Shown piece by piece: positions 42,799 through 52,820 of a DNA stretch of 64,000 nucleotides. The stretch covers positions 8,097 through 72,096 of the forward strand of contig JBGFSF010000016.1 in assembly GCA_041694715.1 (NCBI GenBank). Direction: 5' to 3'. Position 1 is the stretch's first letter. Each line of letters begins with the position of its first letter. The position numbers were made by a program, and so were the translations under genes. Under the pieces are notes generated by a model. The model had not been told where the DNA came from. It was given only the letters and a program-made list of their open reading frames with translations, and did no database searches. The stretch is from Pseudomonadota bacterium (GTDB lineage Bacteria > Pseudomonadota > Gammaproteobacteria > Burkholderiales > Thiobacillaceae).

Positions 42799-42841
42799 CG
42801 GGGCCGTCCCCGATGGTTTGGAGGCGCTGAGGTCGTCCTCA
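42799..42841 (-). ncRNA. Guanidine-II (mini-ykkC) riboswitch
   Basis: Minus strand has two hairpins with ACGR loops, TGAGG-ACGA-CCTCA and CGGGG-ACGG-CCCCG, with a 15-nt linker, just 5' of the AAGGA RBS of sugE. Confidence 0.9.
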
Positions 42842-43083
42842 TCGCCTGCTTCATGCGTCTGGCCGGGCGCGGCGGCATCCGCCTGCCGCTGATCCGCCGC
42901 CGACCCGTTTCGCCGGCGCGCCCCGGCGTTCGTTTGCCGGATGGCGTCTGGCGCCGGCGGCCTGCGGATTATGGATGTCTCCCGCCAGGATCCCAAACCG
43001 GCCGCGTTGCGGCGCGGGCCGGCTTTGCCCGACCCCGGTCCACCGCCTAGAATGGCCCGACGCCCGTTCCCGTCCGGATTGTC

Positions 43084-44817
43084 TTGTCTGCACGTCTGTT
43101 CCGCTCGCTGGTCGCACTCGTTGCCGCGCTCGCCGTGCTGCCGGCGCACGCGCTGACGGTGGCGGTGCAGGCGCCGGATGCACTGAAGGCGTTGCTCGAG
43201 CAGCATCTGGAGACCGCGCGCGCGGCGCGCCTGGGCGAAACCTTCGACGCCTGGGAAGTCGCCCGCCTGCAAAGGCAGAGCGAGCAGACTGCACACGATT
43301 TGCTGGCGACCGAGGGCTACTTCTCGGCGCAGGTCGAGAGCGCGGCCGAGTGGGTCGACGGCGACTGGCGCATGACGTATGCGGTGACGCCCGGCCCGCG
43401 CACCACGGTGCGCAGCGTGACCGTGACGTTCGAAGGCGCGGTGCGCGAGGCACCTGCCTGGCAGCGCGCCCGCATCGAGCGCAGCGTGACGCTGCAGCCC
43501 GGCATGCCGTTCCGCCAGGCCGACTGGGCGGCGTCCAAGCTCGCCGTGCTGCGGCCGCTGCTGGGCGACCGCTATCCGGCAGCGCAGCTCGCGGCGAGCG
43601 AGGCGCGCATCGATCCGGCCACCCACACCGCCGATCTCACGCTCACCGTCGACAGCGGGCCGGCCTTCTTCTACGGTGCGCCGGCAGTGAAGGGCGCCGA
43701 GCGCTATCCCGTCTCGGTCGCGCAGAATCTCAGTACCGCGCGTGCCGGCAAGCCCTACCGCCAGCAGGATCTGCTCGACACGCAGGCGGCGCTGGAGACG
43801 AGCGGCTACTATGCGCAGGCGACGGTGCGCGTCGACCCCGACGCGGCGCACGCCGCCGCGGTGCCGGTCGAGATCGAGGTGGTCGAACGCCCGGTGAAGA
43901 TGTTCAGCGTCGGCGCCGGCGTCAGCACCGACACCGGCGCGCGCGTGCAGGCGGGCTGGCTGCATCGCAGCGTGGACGGCGAAGGCCTGCGCCTCAAGCT
44001 CGACGCGCGCCTGGAAACGAAGAAGCAGACCGGCGGCGCGGAGCTCGCCTGGCCGCGCACGGCCAAGGGCTACGAAAATAGCCTCGGCGCGCAGTTGAGG
44101 CACGAGGACATCGAAGGGCAGGAGACCCGCGCCTGGCTGCTGGCGGCACGCCGCACGCGCTTCGACGGGCCGATCGAAGCGACGCTGTCGCTGCAGTACC
44201 AGACCGAGACGCAGGCGGTCGGCAGCGTGGTGCGCGCGCGCAACCAGGCGCTCACCGCCAACTACGCATGGACGCAGCGTACCGTCGGCCGTGCCTTCTA
44301 TCCGCGGCGCGGCTACGTGCTCACGCTGCAGGGCGGCGGCGCGATCGCGTCGCTGCTGTCCGACACCAGCTTCGCCCGCGTGTATGCGCGCCACACCCAC
44401 TACTTCCGCGCCGGCGACAACGGCCGCCTGGTGCTGCGCGGCGAATGGGGCAGCGTGCTCGCCGACACGCGCGACGGCATTCCCACCGACTTCCTGTTCC
44501 GCGCCGGCGGCGACAACTCGGTGCGCGGCTACGCCTACCAGAGCCTCGGCCGCACGCTCACCGGCGGCGTCGCGTCGGTACGGCATCTGGCCACCGCCAG
44601 CGCGGAATACAACTACTTCTTCGACGGTGACTGGGGCATGGCGCTGTTCGTCGACGCCGGCGACGCCGCTGACACGCCGGGCGCGCTGTCGCCGGTGTTC
44701 GGCTATGGCGTCGGCGCGCGCTACCGTTCGCCGGTGGGGCCGATCAACCTCGACCTCGCCTGGGGCGAGGCGGTCGACGCATTCCGCCTGCATTTCTCGC
44801 TGGGGGTGTCGTTTTGA
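43084..44817 (+). CDS. tamA: Autotransporter assembly factor TamA (Omp85 family)
   Basis: Signal peptide, POTRA-like N-terminus, FRAGGDNSVRGYAYQSLG, C-terminal LHFSLGVSF; TTG start. Confidence 0.88.
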   Translation: MSARLFRSLVALVAALAVLPAHALTVAVQAPDALKALLEQHLETARAARLGETFDAWEVARLQRQSEQTAHDLLATEGYFSAQVESAAEWVDGDWRMTYAVTPGPRTTVRSVTVTFEGAVREAPAWQRARIERSVTLQPGMPFRQADWAASKLAVLRPLLGDRYPAAQLAASEARIDPATHTADLTLTVDSGPAFFYGAPAVKGAERYPVSVAQNLSTARAGKPYRQQDLLDTQAALETSGYYAQATVRVDPDAAHAAAVPVEIEVVERPVKMFSVGAGVSTDTGARVQAGWLHRSVDGEGLRLKLDARLETKKQTGGAELAWPRTAKGYENSLGAQLRHEDIEGQETRAWLLAARRTRFDGPIEATLSLQYQTETQAVGSVVRARNQALTANYAWTQRTVGRAFYPRRGYVLTLQGGGAIASLLSDTSFARVYARHTHYFRAGDNGRLVLRGEWGSVLADTRDGIPTDFLFRAGGDNSVRGYAYQSLGRTLTGGVASVRHLATASAEYNYFFDGDWGMALFVDAGDAADTPGALSPVFGYGVGARYRSPVGPINLDLAWGEAVDAFRLHFSLGVSF

Positions 44818-47800
44818 GGCGCGCGGCCTGGACAGCCGGCGGGCTTGCGCTCGCGCTCGCGGCACTCGTCGCGGCCGTCGTCTGGCTGGGCACCAGCGCG
44901 TCCGGCGCCCGCTGGCTCGCGCAGACGGTCACGGCGCTGTCGGGCGAGCGCGTGCGCATCGAGGGCGTCGAAGGCACGCTGGCCGGCCCGCTGGCGATCC
45001 GCCGCCTCGCCGTCGCCAATCCCTACCGCCGCATCGAAATCGAGCAGCTTCGCCTCGAATGGCGGCCGCGCGCGCTGTGGCAGCGCCAGGTCGATGTCGA
45101 CCTCGTCGCCGCGCGGACGCTGCGTGTCGTCACGCTCAAGCCCGACCCCACGCCGCCCGAACTGCCGGCGAGCCTGCGCGCGCCGCTCGAGCTGTCGGTT
45201 CGCACGTTCGACGTCGCCCGGCTCGAACTCGTCGAGGGCGGGCAGGTGCTGACGTTCCGCACGCTGCACGGGCGACTCGACGGCCGCGGCGGCCGCTTCC
45301 GCCTCACCGACGTCGGCGTCGACACGCCCTGGGCCGCCGCCGAGGGCGAACTCGAACTCGCGCAGGACGCGCCCTTCGCCTTGACGGGGCGCGTCGCGGC
45401 GACGCGGCCGGCGCCGCTGCCGGTGACGGCGCAGTTGGCGTTGTCCGGCACGCTCGGCCAGCCCGCCTTCCGCCTCGACGCCACCGCCGAGGGCATGACG
45501 TTCTTCGCCGAAGGCGAGGCGGCGCCTTTCGCCGCGGTGCGTCTCACCCGGCTGGTGGTGGCGGGGCAGGGTGTCGATCCGCGTGCGTTCGCCGCCGGGG
45601 CGCCGGCGGCCGACCTGGCCTTCTCGGGGGTGTTCGAAGGCCGGCCGGGCGAGCGCCTGCTCGGCAGCTTCAGCCTCGCCAACCGCCTCGCCGGCCGTTT
45701 CGATCAGGACCGTCTGCCGCTCGTCAGCCTGGTCGGCGCCGTGTTCGGCGACGCGACGCACGCCGACTTCAGCGCGCTCGCGCTCGACCTCGGCGCGGTC
45801 GGCCGCTTCAGCGGCGAAGGCGCCTGGCGCGACGACCGCTTCGTCCTCCAGCTCGCGAGCCCACGCGCCGACCTCGCCGGCGTTCATCGCGCGCTGGCCG
45901 CCACCCGCCTGCGCACCACGCTGCAGCTGGGCGGCGACGCCCGGGCGCAGACGCTCACGGCCGAGGTCGCCGAAACCTGGGGACAGGGTGGCTTCACGCT
46001 GACCCACGGCGACGGTGCGCTCACGCTCAGCGCCGCCGATTTCAGCGGCCAGGCCGGCAAGCTCAGCGTGAGCGGGCGTCTCCAGCTCGACGCCACGCGC
46101 GCCTTCGCGCTGGCCTTCGACGCGGCCAACCTCAACCCGGCGCGCTTCGGCACGTTTCCGCGTGCGCGCCTCAACGCGCGCGGCGAGGCGCGCGGCGCGC
46201 TCGCGCCCGACCCGCGCGTGGTGGCGCAGTTCACCCTGCCGCCGGGTGAACTCGAAGGCCGGCCGGTGCACGGGCAGGGCCGGCTGCGCTACGAAAACGC
46301 CCATCTCGCCGACGCCGACCTCGACCTCGACCTCGCCGGCAACCGGGCGACGGTGAAGGGCGCCTGGGGCCGCGCCGGCGACCGCCTCGCCTGGGATATC
46401 GATGCGCCGGCGCTGGCGCGGCTGCAGCTCGGGCTGGCCGGCCGGCTCGTCAGCCGGGGCACGTTGGCCGGCGACCCGGCGCGCCCGCAGCTCGCCGCCA
46501 CCCTCGCCGCGAGCCATCTGAAGCTGCCGGGCGAGGTCGCCGCCGAGGCGCTCGACCTCGAACTCGATCTCGAAGCCGCCTTTGATGGCGCCTTCAACGG
46601 CCGCCTCGACGCACGCGGCCTGGTCTGGGCAGGCCACGCGCTGCGCACGGCGCGGGCGAGCGCGCAGGGGCGCCGCAACGCGCACAGCCTCAGCCTCGAC
46701 GCGGCGCTGCCGGACGCGCAGCTGAGCGCCCGGCTCGCCGGCGGTCTCGACGACGCGCTCGTCTGGCGCGGCCAGCTCACCCAGGCCGAGGTGCAGGGAC
46801 CGTGGCCGATGACGCTGACCGCGCCGGCGACGCTCTGGCTGTCGCGCGCGCGTCAGCAGGTCGACGGCCTTGCCTTCACGCTCGCCGGCGGCCGCGTGAC
46901 GGTCGCGCACGCCAGTCATGCCGACGGCCGCTTTGCCAGCCGTGGCGCGCTCGCCGACCTCCCCGTGTCGCCCGTTCTGGCAAGGCTTGAACCGGCGCGC
47001 CCCTTCGCCACCGACCTGCGTGTCGACGGCGACTGGGATCTCGTCGCGGGCACGGCGCTCGACGGCCGCGCGCAGCTGCGCCGCCGTTCGGGCGACGTGC
47101 GGCTGACCGATCCTGCGCTGGCGTTCGGCCTCACCACGCTCGCGCTCGAACTCGACGCCGAGGCCAGTCGCCTCACCGCGCGCGCGCGCGTCGTCACGCG
47201 CGAGGCTGGCGAAGCCGCCGGTGAGGCGCGCGCGACGCTGCTGCGCGACGGCCCCGGTTTCGTCCTGCCGCGCAGCGCGCCGCTCGCGTGGACTGCACAG
47301 GTCGACGTGCCCGACCTGCGCATCGCGCGTCCCTTCATTCCGGTCGGCATGCGTGCCGACGCACGCCTGGCCGCTCGGCTTGCCGGGGCCGGCACGCTCG
47401 CCGCGCCGCGCATCGACGGCAGCGTGGACGCCGACCGCATCCGCTTCGCCATGCCGGAAGAGGGCATCGCGATCACCGACGGCGTGTTGAAGCTCGCGCT
47501 CGCCGACGACCGCGTGCGCGTGCGCGAAGGCGAACTCAAGGGGCAGAGCGGCCGCATCCTGGTGCGCGGCGAGGCGCAGTTGCGCAACCCCCAGGCCGGA
47601 CTCACGCTCGACTTCGAGCAGTTCGCCGCCAGCCATCGCAGCGATCGTCGCGTCATCGTGTCCGGCAGCACCCGGCTCGAACTCGATCCGCGCCGCCTGC
47701 AGCTGACCGGCAGCCTGCGCGCCGACCGCGCCCGTCTCGACGTGCCCGAGGCGGGCCGGCCGGCCCTGTCTGACGACGTCGTGGTGGCCGGCCGTGCGCC

Positions 47801-48590
47801 GCGCGAAGCGCGTGCGGCGCAGCGGCTGCCGCTCGCACTCGACCTGAATCTTGCGCTCGGCGACGATTTCCTGTTCAAGGGCGGCGGCCTCGACGCGCGT
47901 CTCGGCGGGACGCTGCGCGTGTTCACCGTCGCGCAGCCGCGCCAGGACCGCCCGGAGGGCGAGCGTCACGCGGCGAAACCCGCGCGGGTGCTGCGCGGCG
48001 AAGGCCGCATCCGCGTGGTCGAGGGGCGCTACGCCGCCTACGGCCAGACGCTCGCGATTGAGCGCGGCGAGCTCCGTTTCATCGGCCCGCTCGACGATCC
48101 CGGCCTCGACGTGCTCGCGGTGCGGAAGACGCCGACGGTGAAGGCCGGCGTGCAGGTGCGCGGCAGCGTGCAGCGGCCGGTGGTGACCCTGTATTCCGAC
48201 CCGCCGATGCCGGATTCGGAAAAGCTTGCCTGGCTGGTGCTGGGCCACGGCCTCGAGCGCGGCGGCCAGCAGGAATTCGCGCTGCTGCAGCTCGCCGCCG
48301 GCGCGCTCCTGAGCCAGGCCGAATCGGTGAGCGTGCAGGCCGAGATCGCCGAGGCGCTGCGCATCGACAGCTTTGGCGTGCGCGCGGGCGAGGGCGAGGA
48401 CCTCGGCACCACCGTGGTCAGTGTCGGCAAGCGCCTGTCCTCGCGCGCGACGCTCGCCTACGAGCAGAGCCTCGACGGCCTCAACCAGGTGGTGAAGGTG
48501 ATCTACCAGCTGTCGCCGCGGGTGCGCCTGGAAGCACAGGCCGGCCAGCAGAGCAGCTTCGACGCCTTCTACACGCGGGAATACGACTGA
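44814..48590 (+). CDS. tamB: Translocation/assembly module TamB
   Basis: N-terminal anchor, long beta-taco repeats, DUF490 end (GRYAAYGQTLAIERG, LAWLVLG, YQLSPR); follows tamA. Confidence 0.9.
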   Translation: MRRAAWTAGGLALALAALVAAVVWLGTSASGARWLAQTVTALSGERVRIEGVEGTLAGPLAIRRLAVANPYRRIEIEQLRLEWRPRALWQRQVDVDLVAARTLRVVTLKPDPTPPELPASLRAPLELSVRTFDVARLELVEGGQVLTFRTLHGRLDGRGGRFRLTDVGVDTPWAAAEGELELAQDAPFALTGRVAATRPAPLPVTAQLALSGTLGQPAFRLDATAEGMTFFAEGEAAPFAAVRLTRLVVAGQGVDPRAFAAGAPAADLAFSGVFEGRPGERLLGSFSLANRLAGRFDQDRLPLVSLVGAVFGDATHADFSALALDLGAVGRFSGEGAWRDDRFVLQLASPRADLAGVHRALAATRLRTTLQLGGDARAQTLTAEVAETWGQGGFTLTHGDGALTLSAADFSGQAGKLSVSGRLQLDATRAFALAFDAANLNPARFGTFPRARLNARGEARGALAPDPRVVAQFTLPPGELEGRPVHGQGRLRYENAHLADADLDLDLAGNRATVKGAWGRAGDRLAWDIDAPALARLQLGLAGRLVSRGTLAGDPARPQLAATLAASHLKLPGEVAAEALDLELDLEAAFDGAFNGRLDARGLVWAGHALRTARASAQGRRNAHSLSLDAALPDAQLSARLAGGLDDALVWRGQLTQAEVQGPWPMTLTAPATLWLSRARQQVDGLAFTLAGGRVTVAHASHADGRFASRGALADLPVSPVLARLEPARPFATDLRVDGDWDLVAGTALDGRAQLRRRSGDVRLTDPALAFGLTTLALELDAEASRLTARARVVTREAGEAAGEARATLLRDGPGFVLPRSAPLAWTAQVDVPDLRIARPFIPVGMRADARLAARLAGAGTLAAPRIDGSVDADRIRFAMPEEGIAITDGVLKLALADDRVRVREGELKGQSGRILVRGEAQLRNPQAGLTLDFEQFAASHRSDRRVIVSGSTRLELDPRRLQLTGSLRADRARLDVPEAGRPALSDDVVVAGRAPREARAAQRLPLALDLNLALGDDFLFKGGGLDARLGGTLRVFTVAQPRQDRPEGERHAAKPARVLRGEGRIRVVEGRYAAYGQTLAIERGELRFIGPLDDPGLDVLAVRKTPTVKAGVQVRGSVQRPVVTLYSDPPMPDSEKLAWLVLGHGLERGGQQEFALLQLAAGALLSQAESVSVQAEIAEALRIDSFGVRAGEGEDLGTTVVSVGKRLSSRATLAYEQSLDGLNQVVKVIYQLSPRVRLEAQAGQQSSFDAFYTREYD

Positions 48591-48638
48591 AGCGTGGCCC
48601 GAGCAGGGGGCGAGCCTGCGCAAAATCCGGAAGTTTTC

Positions 48639-48697
48639 ACAAGGCGGACGCGGAGGACACAGGGGGAAGGCGTTTCCCGCCTCCGCGTCCGCCTTGT
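48639..48697. repeat. Perfect 18-bp inverted repeat with an inner hairpin (REP/MITE-like)
   Basis: ACAAGGCGGACGCGGAGG (48639-48656) and CCTCCGCGTCCGCCTTGT (48680-48697); GGGAA/TTCCC inside. Confidence 0.85.
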
Positions 48698-48864
48698 CAG
48701 TCGGCTTCCATGCGTATTTGCGCCCCTCCGCGCGCTACGAGGATCGAATGTCGCCTGGGGCTGGATCGGCCATATCCCAATGTTAGAATCCGCCGCATGT
48801 CCACGCTTCGCATCACAGCCCCGATTCGCCCGCTCCGGATGACTGTCCACGGAGACTGCCGCTG

Positions 48865-49608
48865 ATGCGCATCCTGCTCTCCAACGACGACGGCTACTTC
48901 GCGCCCGGCCTCGCGGTGCTGGCGCAGACGCTGGCCGACTACGCCGACATCACCGTGGTGGCGCCCGAGCGCGACCGCAGCGGCGCGTCCAACTCGCTCA
49001 CGCTCGACCGCCCGCTGATGCTGCGCCAGGCGCCCGGCGGCTTTTACTACGTCAACGGCACGCCGACCGACTGCGTGCACCTGGCGGTGACCGGCATGCT
49101 CGATCACCTGCCCGACATGGTGATTTCCGGCATCAACCACGGCGCCAACATGGGCGACGACACCATCTATTCGGGGACCGTCGCCGCGGCGACCGAGGGC
49201 TATCTGTTGGGCATTCCTTCGATCGCGGTTTCGCTCGCCAACCACGACGCGCAGCATTTCGAGACGGCCGCGCGCGTGGTCGCCGACCTGGTGCAGCGCA
49301 TCCAGGCGCAGCCGCCGACCGAGCCCATGCTGCTCAATGTCAACGTCCCCGACCGCGCCTGGAATGATCTCGCCGGCCTCGCCGTGACCCGCCTGGGCAA
49401 ACGCCACAAGGCCGAGTCGGTGGTGAAGACGATCAATCCGCGCGGCCAGACCGTGTACTGGGTGGGCGCGGCGGGCGCCGCGCAGGACGCGGGCGAAGAC
49501 ACCGACTTTCACGCCGTGGCACACGGCTGGGTGTCGATCACCCCGCTGCAGATGGACCTCACCCGATTCAGCCAGATGGACAGTGTCAGTAAATGGCTGA
49601 AACCCTGA
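48865..49608 (+). CDS. surE: 5'/3'-nucleotidase SurE
   Basis: [40 protein letters not shown]. Confidence 0.97.
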   Translation: MRILLSNDDGYFAPGLAVLAQTLADYADITVVAPERDRSGASNSLTLDRPLMLRQAPGGFYYVNGTPTDCVHLAVTGMLDHLPDMVISGINHGANMGDDTIYSGTVAAATEGYLLGIPSIAVSLANHDAQHFETAARVVADLVQRIQAQPPTEPMLLNVNVPDRAWNDLAGLAVTRLGKRHKAESVVKTINPRGQTVYWVGAAGAAQDAGEDTDFHAVAHGWVSITPLQMDLTRFSQMDSVSKWLKP

Positions 49609-50273
49609 ACCCCCGCGCCGGCATTGGCATGACCTCGGCGCGCACGCGCGGCCGCATGGTCGAGCGCCTGCGCGAGCAGGGCATCAAGGACGAGGTGGTG
49701 CTGGCGGCGATGGGCGCGGTACCGCGCCATCTTTTCGTCGACCAGGCGCTGGAGTCGCGCGCCTACGAGGACACCGCGCTGCCGATCGGTTTCGGCCAGA
49801 CCATTTCCAACCCCTACATCGTCGCGCGCATGGCCGAACTCGCGCGCCACGGCGAGGCCGGGCAGGGCCGCCCGCTCGGCCGCGTGCTCGAAATCGGCCT
49901 GGGCTGCGGCTATCAGGCCGCGGTGCTGGCCAAGCTCGCGCGCGAAGTGATCTCGATCGACCGCATCGCCCAGCTCGTCGGCAAGACCCGCGCGCGCCTG
50001 CGCGAACTGCGCGTCAACAACGTCAAGCCCAAGCACGGCGACGGCATGCACGGCGCGAAGGATTTCGCGCCCTTCGACGCCATCGTGATTGCCGCCGCGT
50101 TTGGCGAAGTGCCGCAGGAGCTGCTGCCGCAGCTGGCCGACGGCGGCCGCCTGGTCATGCCCCTGGGCAGCGGCAGCCAGACGTTGTGCGTGGTCGAGCG
50201 CCAGGGCGACACTTACAACGAGCGGCGCCTCGAAGGCGTGAAGTTCGTGCCGCTCTTGCCGGGGGTGGCGTGA
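49593..50273 (+). CDS. pcm: Protein-L-isoaspartate O-methyltransferase
   Basis: [39 protein letters not shown]. Confidence 0.95.
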   Translation: MAETLNPRAGIGMTSARTRGRMVERLREQGIKDEVVLAAMGAVPRHLFVDQALESRAYEDTALPIGFGQTISNPYIVARMAELARHGEAGQGRPLGRVLEIGLGCGYQAAVLAKLAREVISIDRIAQLVGKTRARLRELRVNNVKPKHGDGMHGAKDFAPFDAIVIAAAFGEVPQELLPQLADGGRLVMPLGSGSQTLCVVERQGDTYNERRLEGVKFVPLLPGVA

Positions 50274-51157
50274 TGCGCGCGGGCTGGCTCGCGCTGGGGG
50301 TCCTGACGCTGGCGGGCTGCACTGCGAGCGGACCCGCGCCGGTGGTCGACCGCAGCGGGGTGCGCACGGCGGTCGCTTCCCCGCCGGCTTCGCCGCAGAT
50401 CGCCGCCTCGACCAGCGGCTTCCACACCGTGCAGCGCGGCGACACGCTCTACGCCATCGCTTTCGCCAACGGCCTCGACTACCGCGAAGTCGCGATCTGG
50501 AACCGACTCGAATCGCCCGACCGCATCCTCGTCGGCCAGGTTTTGCGGCTGACCCCGCCCGCCGACAGCAAGATCGAAATTCGCCCGCTCGACGAAGAGC
50601 CGCTGCCGCAGGCGCGCCCGCTCGCCGAGCCGCCCGAGGTGCGCGAGCCGCAGGGCGTGCTGCTGCCGTATTCCGATGCCAACTGGGCCCAGGTCAACGC
50701 GCCGAAGCCGGCGGTCGCCGCGACCCCCATCCCCGCGCCTACACCCGCTGCCGCGGCGCCCGCGGTCCGGCCGGCTGCGGCCGAGGCGAGCGTCGACGCC
50801 TGGTTGTGGCCGGCCGAGGGCGCGCTCGTCGGCCGCTACGGCGGCAACAGCAAGGGCATCCAGATCGCCGGGCAGCGCAACGCGCCGGTCGTCGCCGTGG
50901 CCCCCGGCAAGGTGGTCTACAGCGGCACCGGCCTGCGCGGCTACGGCCGGCTGCTCATCGTCAAGCACGCCGATGAGTACCTCTCGGCCTACGCGCACAA
51001 CGAGACCATCCTGGTGAAGGAAGGCGAACAGGTGACCGCGGGCCAGCGCATCGCGCTGATGGGCGACAGCGGCACCGACCGGGTTAAACTGCATTTCGAG
51101 ATCCGCCGTTACGGCAAGCCGCTCGATCCCCTGAATTTCCTTCCGGAGCGTTCATGA
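50273..51157 (+). CDS. nlpD: LysM/M23 lipoprotein NlpD
   Basis: Lipobox LTLAGC, LysM (HTVQRGDTLYAIA), M23 (GYGRLLIVKH, AYAHN, LHFEIR). Confidence 0.93.
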   Translation: MRAGWLALGVLTLAGCTASGPAPVVDRSGVRTAVASPPASPQIAASTSGFHTVQRGDTLYAIAFANGLDYREVAIWNRLESPDRILVGQVLRLTPPADSKIEIRPLDEEPLPQARPLAEPPEVREPQGVLLPYSDANWAQVNAPKPAVAATPIPAPTPAAAAPAVRPAAAEASVDAWLWPAEGALVGRYGGNSKGIQIAGQRNAPVVAVAPGKVVYSGTGLRGYGRLLIVKHADEYLSAYAHNETILVKEGEQVTAGQRIALMGDSGTDRVKLHFEIRRYGKPLDPLNFLPERS

Positions 51158-52092
51158 GCACCGACCCCCGCGACGAATCCGACGAGCTGATGCCCGACGA
51201 AGCCGAGCCGGCCGAGGCGTCCGATTCGGCGGAGGAGCTCGCGGCGGCGATCCTCGACGAGCCCCAGGTCGACGTCACCCAGCTCTACCTGAATGAAATC
51301 GGCCAGGCGCCGCTGCTCACCGCCGAAGAGGAAGTCGCGCTGGCGCGCCGCACCGTCGCCGGCGATTTCGACGCGCGCCAGATCATGATCGAGCGCAACC
51401 TGCGCCTGGTCGTGAACATCGCCAAGCACTACGCCAACCGCGGCCTGACCCTGCTCGACCTGGTCGAGGAGGGCAACCTCGGCCTCATCCATGCGCTGGA
51501 GAAGTTCGATCCCGAGCGCGGCTTCCGCTTCTCCACCTACGCCACCTGGTGGATCCGGCAGAACATCGAGCGCGCGATCATGAACCAGTCGCGCACCATC
51601 CGCCTGCCGGTGCACATCATCAAGGAACTCAACATCTACTTGCGCGCCAAGCGCCACCTCGAGACCCACGGCGTCACCGACGCCAGCGCCGACGACATCG
51701 CGGCGCTCACCGGGCATCCGGTCGAGGACGTGCGCCGCATCCTGCAACTGAACGAGCGCGTCGCCTCGCTCGACGCCCCGCTCGACGTCGACCCCACGCT
51801 CTCGCTCGGCGAGGCCATCGCCGACGACAACGCCCACCTGCCCGACGAGCTGCTGCAGATCGAGGAGGTCGAGCACCACGTCCACGAATGGCTCTCCCAG
51901 CTCAACGACAAGCAGCGCTGGGTGATCGAGCGCCGTTTCGGCCTCAACGGCTGCGAGACCTTCACGCTCGAGGACCTGGCGCTGGAACTGCAGGTGACGC
52001 GCGAGCGCGTGCGGCAGATCCAGATGGAGTCGCTGCGCCTGTTGCGCCAGCTGCTGCGGCGGCGCGGCGTCACCAAGGACGAGCTGTTCTGA
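51154..52092 (+). CDS. rpoS: RNA polymerase sigma factor RpoS
   Basis: DVTQLYLNEIG, EKFDPERGFRFSTYATWWIRQNIERA, VTRERVRQIQ; surE-pcm-nlpD synteny. Confidence 0.95.
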   Translation: MSTDPRDESDELMPDEAEPAEASDSAEELAAAILDEPQVDVTQLYLNEIGQAPLLTAEEEVALARRTVAGDFDARQIMIERNLRLVVNIAKHYANRGLTLLDLVEEGNLGLIHALEKFDPERGFRFSTYATWWIRQNIERAIMNQSRTIRLPVHIIKELNIYLRAKRHLETHGVTDASADDIAALTGHPVEDVRRILQLNERVASLDAPLDVDPTLSLGEAIADDNAHLPDELLQIEEVEHHVHEWLSQLNDKQRWVIERRFGLNGCETFTLEDLALELQVTRERVRQIQMESLRLLRQLLRRRGVTKDELF

Positions 52093-52111
52093 CCTGCGCG
52101 GACCGCTTCTC

Positions 52112-52768
52112 ATGATCGACTGGGCGCAGATCGACACCGTCTTCCTCGACATGGACGGCACCCTGCTCGACCTGCATTTCGACAACCACTTCTGGCGTGA
52201 GCACATGCCGCGCCGCTACGCCGAATACCATGGCCTCGACGAGGCGATCGCGCGCGAGCGCCTGGCCCAGCACTACGACCGCCACGCCGGCACGCTCAAC
52301 TGGTACTGCATCGATTTCTGGAGCAGCGAACTCGCGCTCGACGTCGTGCATCTGAAGGAGGAAGTCGTGCATCTGATCGCCGTGCGCCCCGACGTGCCGG
52401 CCTTCCTGCAGGCGCTGCGCGCGTCCGGCCGGCGCGTGGTGATGGTGACCAACGCCCACCCCAAGAGCCTCGGCCTGAAGATGCGCGAGACCCGCATCGA
52501 CGCCTGGTTCGACGCGCTGATCTCCTCGCACCGGCTCGGCCTGCCGAAGGAACATCCGGATTTCTGGGCAGCGCTGCAGACGGTCGAGGCTTACGATCCG
52601 CGGCGCACGTTGTTCGTCGACGACAGCCTGCCGGTGCTGGAAAGTGCAAAGGCCTACGGCATCGCCCACCTGCTTGCCGTGTGCAACCCGGATTCGAAGC
52701 AGCCGCACAAGGACAGCGGGCCCTTCCGCGGCATCACCAGTTTCGCCGAAGTAATGCCCGGCGCCTGA
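52112..52768 (+). CDS. yrfG: HAD hydrolase, GMP/IMP nucleotidase-like
   Basis: FLDMDGTLLDLHFDNHFW, VTNAHP, LFVDDS. Confidence 0.88.
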   Translation: MIDWAQIDTVFLDMDGTLLDLHFDNHFWREHMPRRYAEYHGLDEAIARERLAQHYDRHAGTLNWYCIDFWSSELALDVVHLKEEVVHLIAVRPDVPAFLQALRASGRRVVMVTNAHPKSLGLKMRETRIDAWFDALISSHRLGLPKEHPDFWAALQTVEAYDPRRTLFVDDSLPVLESAKAYGIAHLLAVCNPDSKQPHKDSGPFRGITSFAEVMPGA

Positions 52769-52820
52769 GCACGACGCGCGCCCCTGGATCCCCTGACTCA
52801 TCCCCTGAAAGGAGCCCACG

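Noticed and set aside
44721-48623. 1300-aa ORF antisense to tamB
   Set aside because: Shadow frame of a GC-rich gene with no recognisable motifs; the same applies to 7165..9642, 20702..23914, 30497..32701 and 37715..40270
48594-48842. 82-aa ORF in the tamB-surE spacer
   Set aside because: No RBS or motif; it is the translation of the inverted-repeat element
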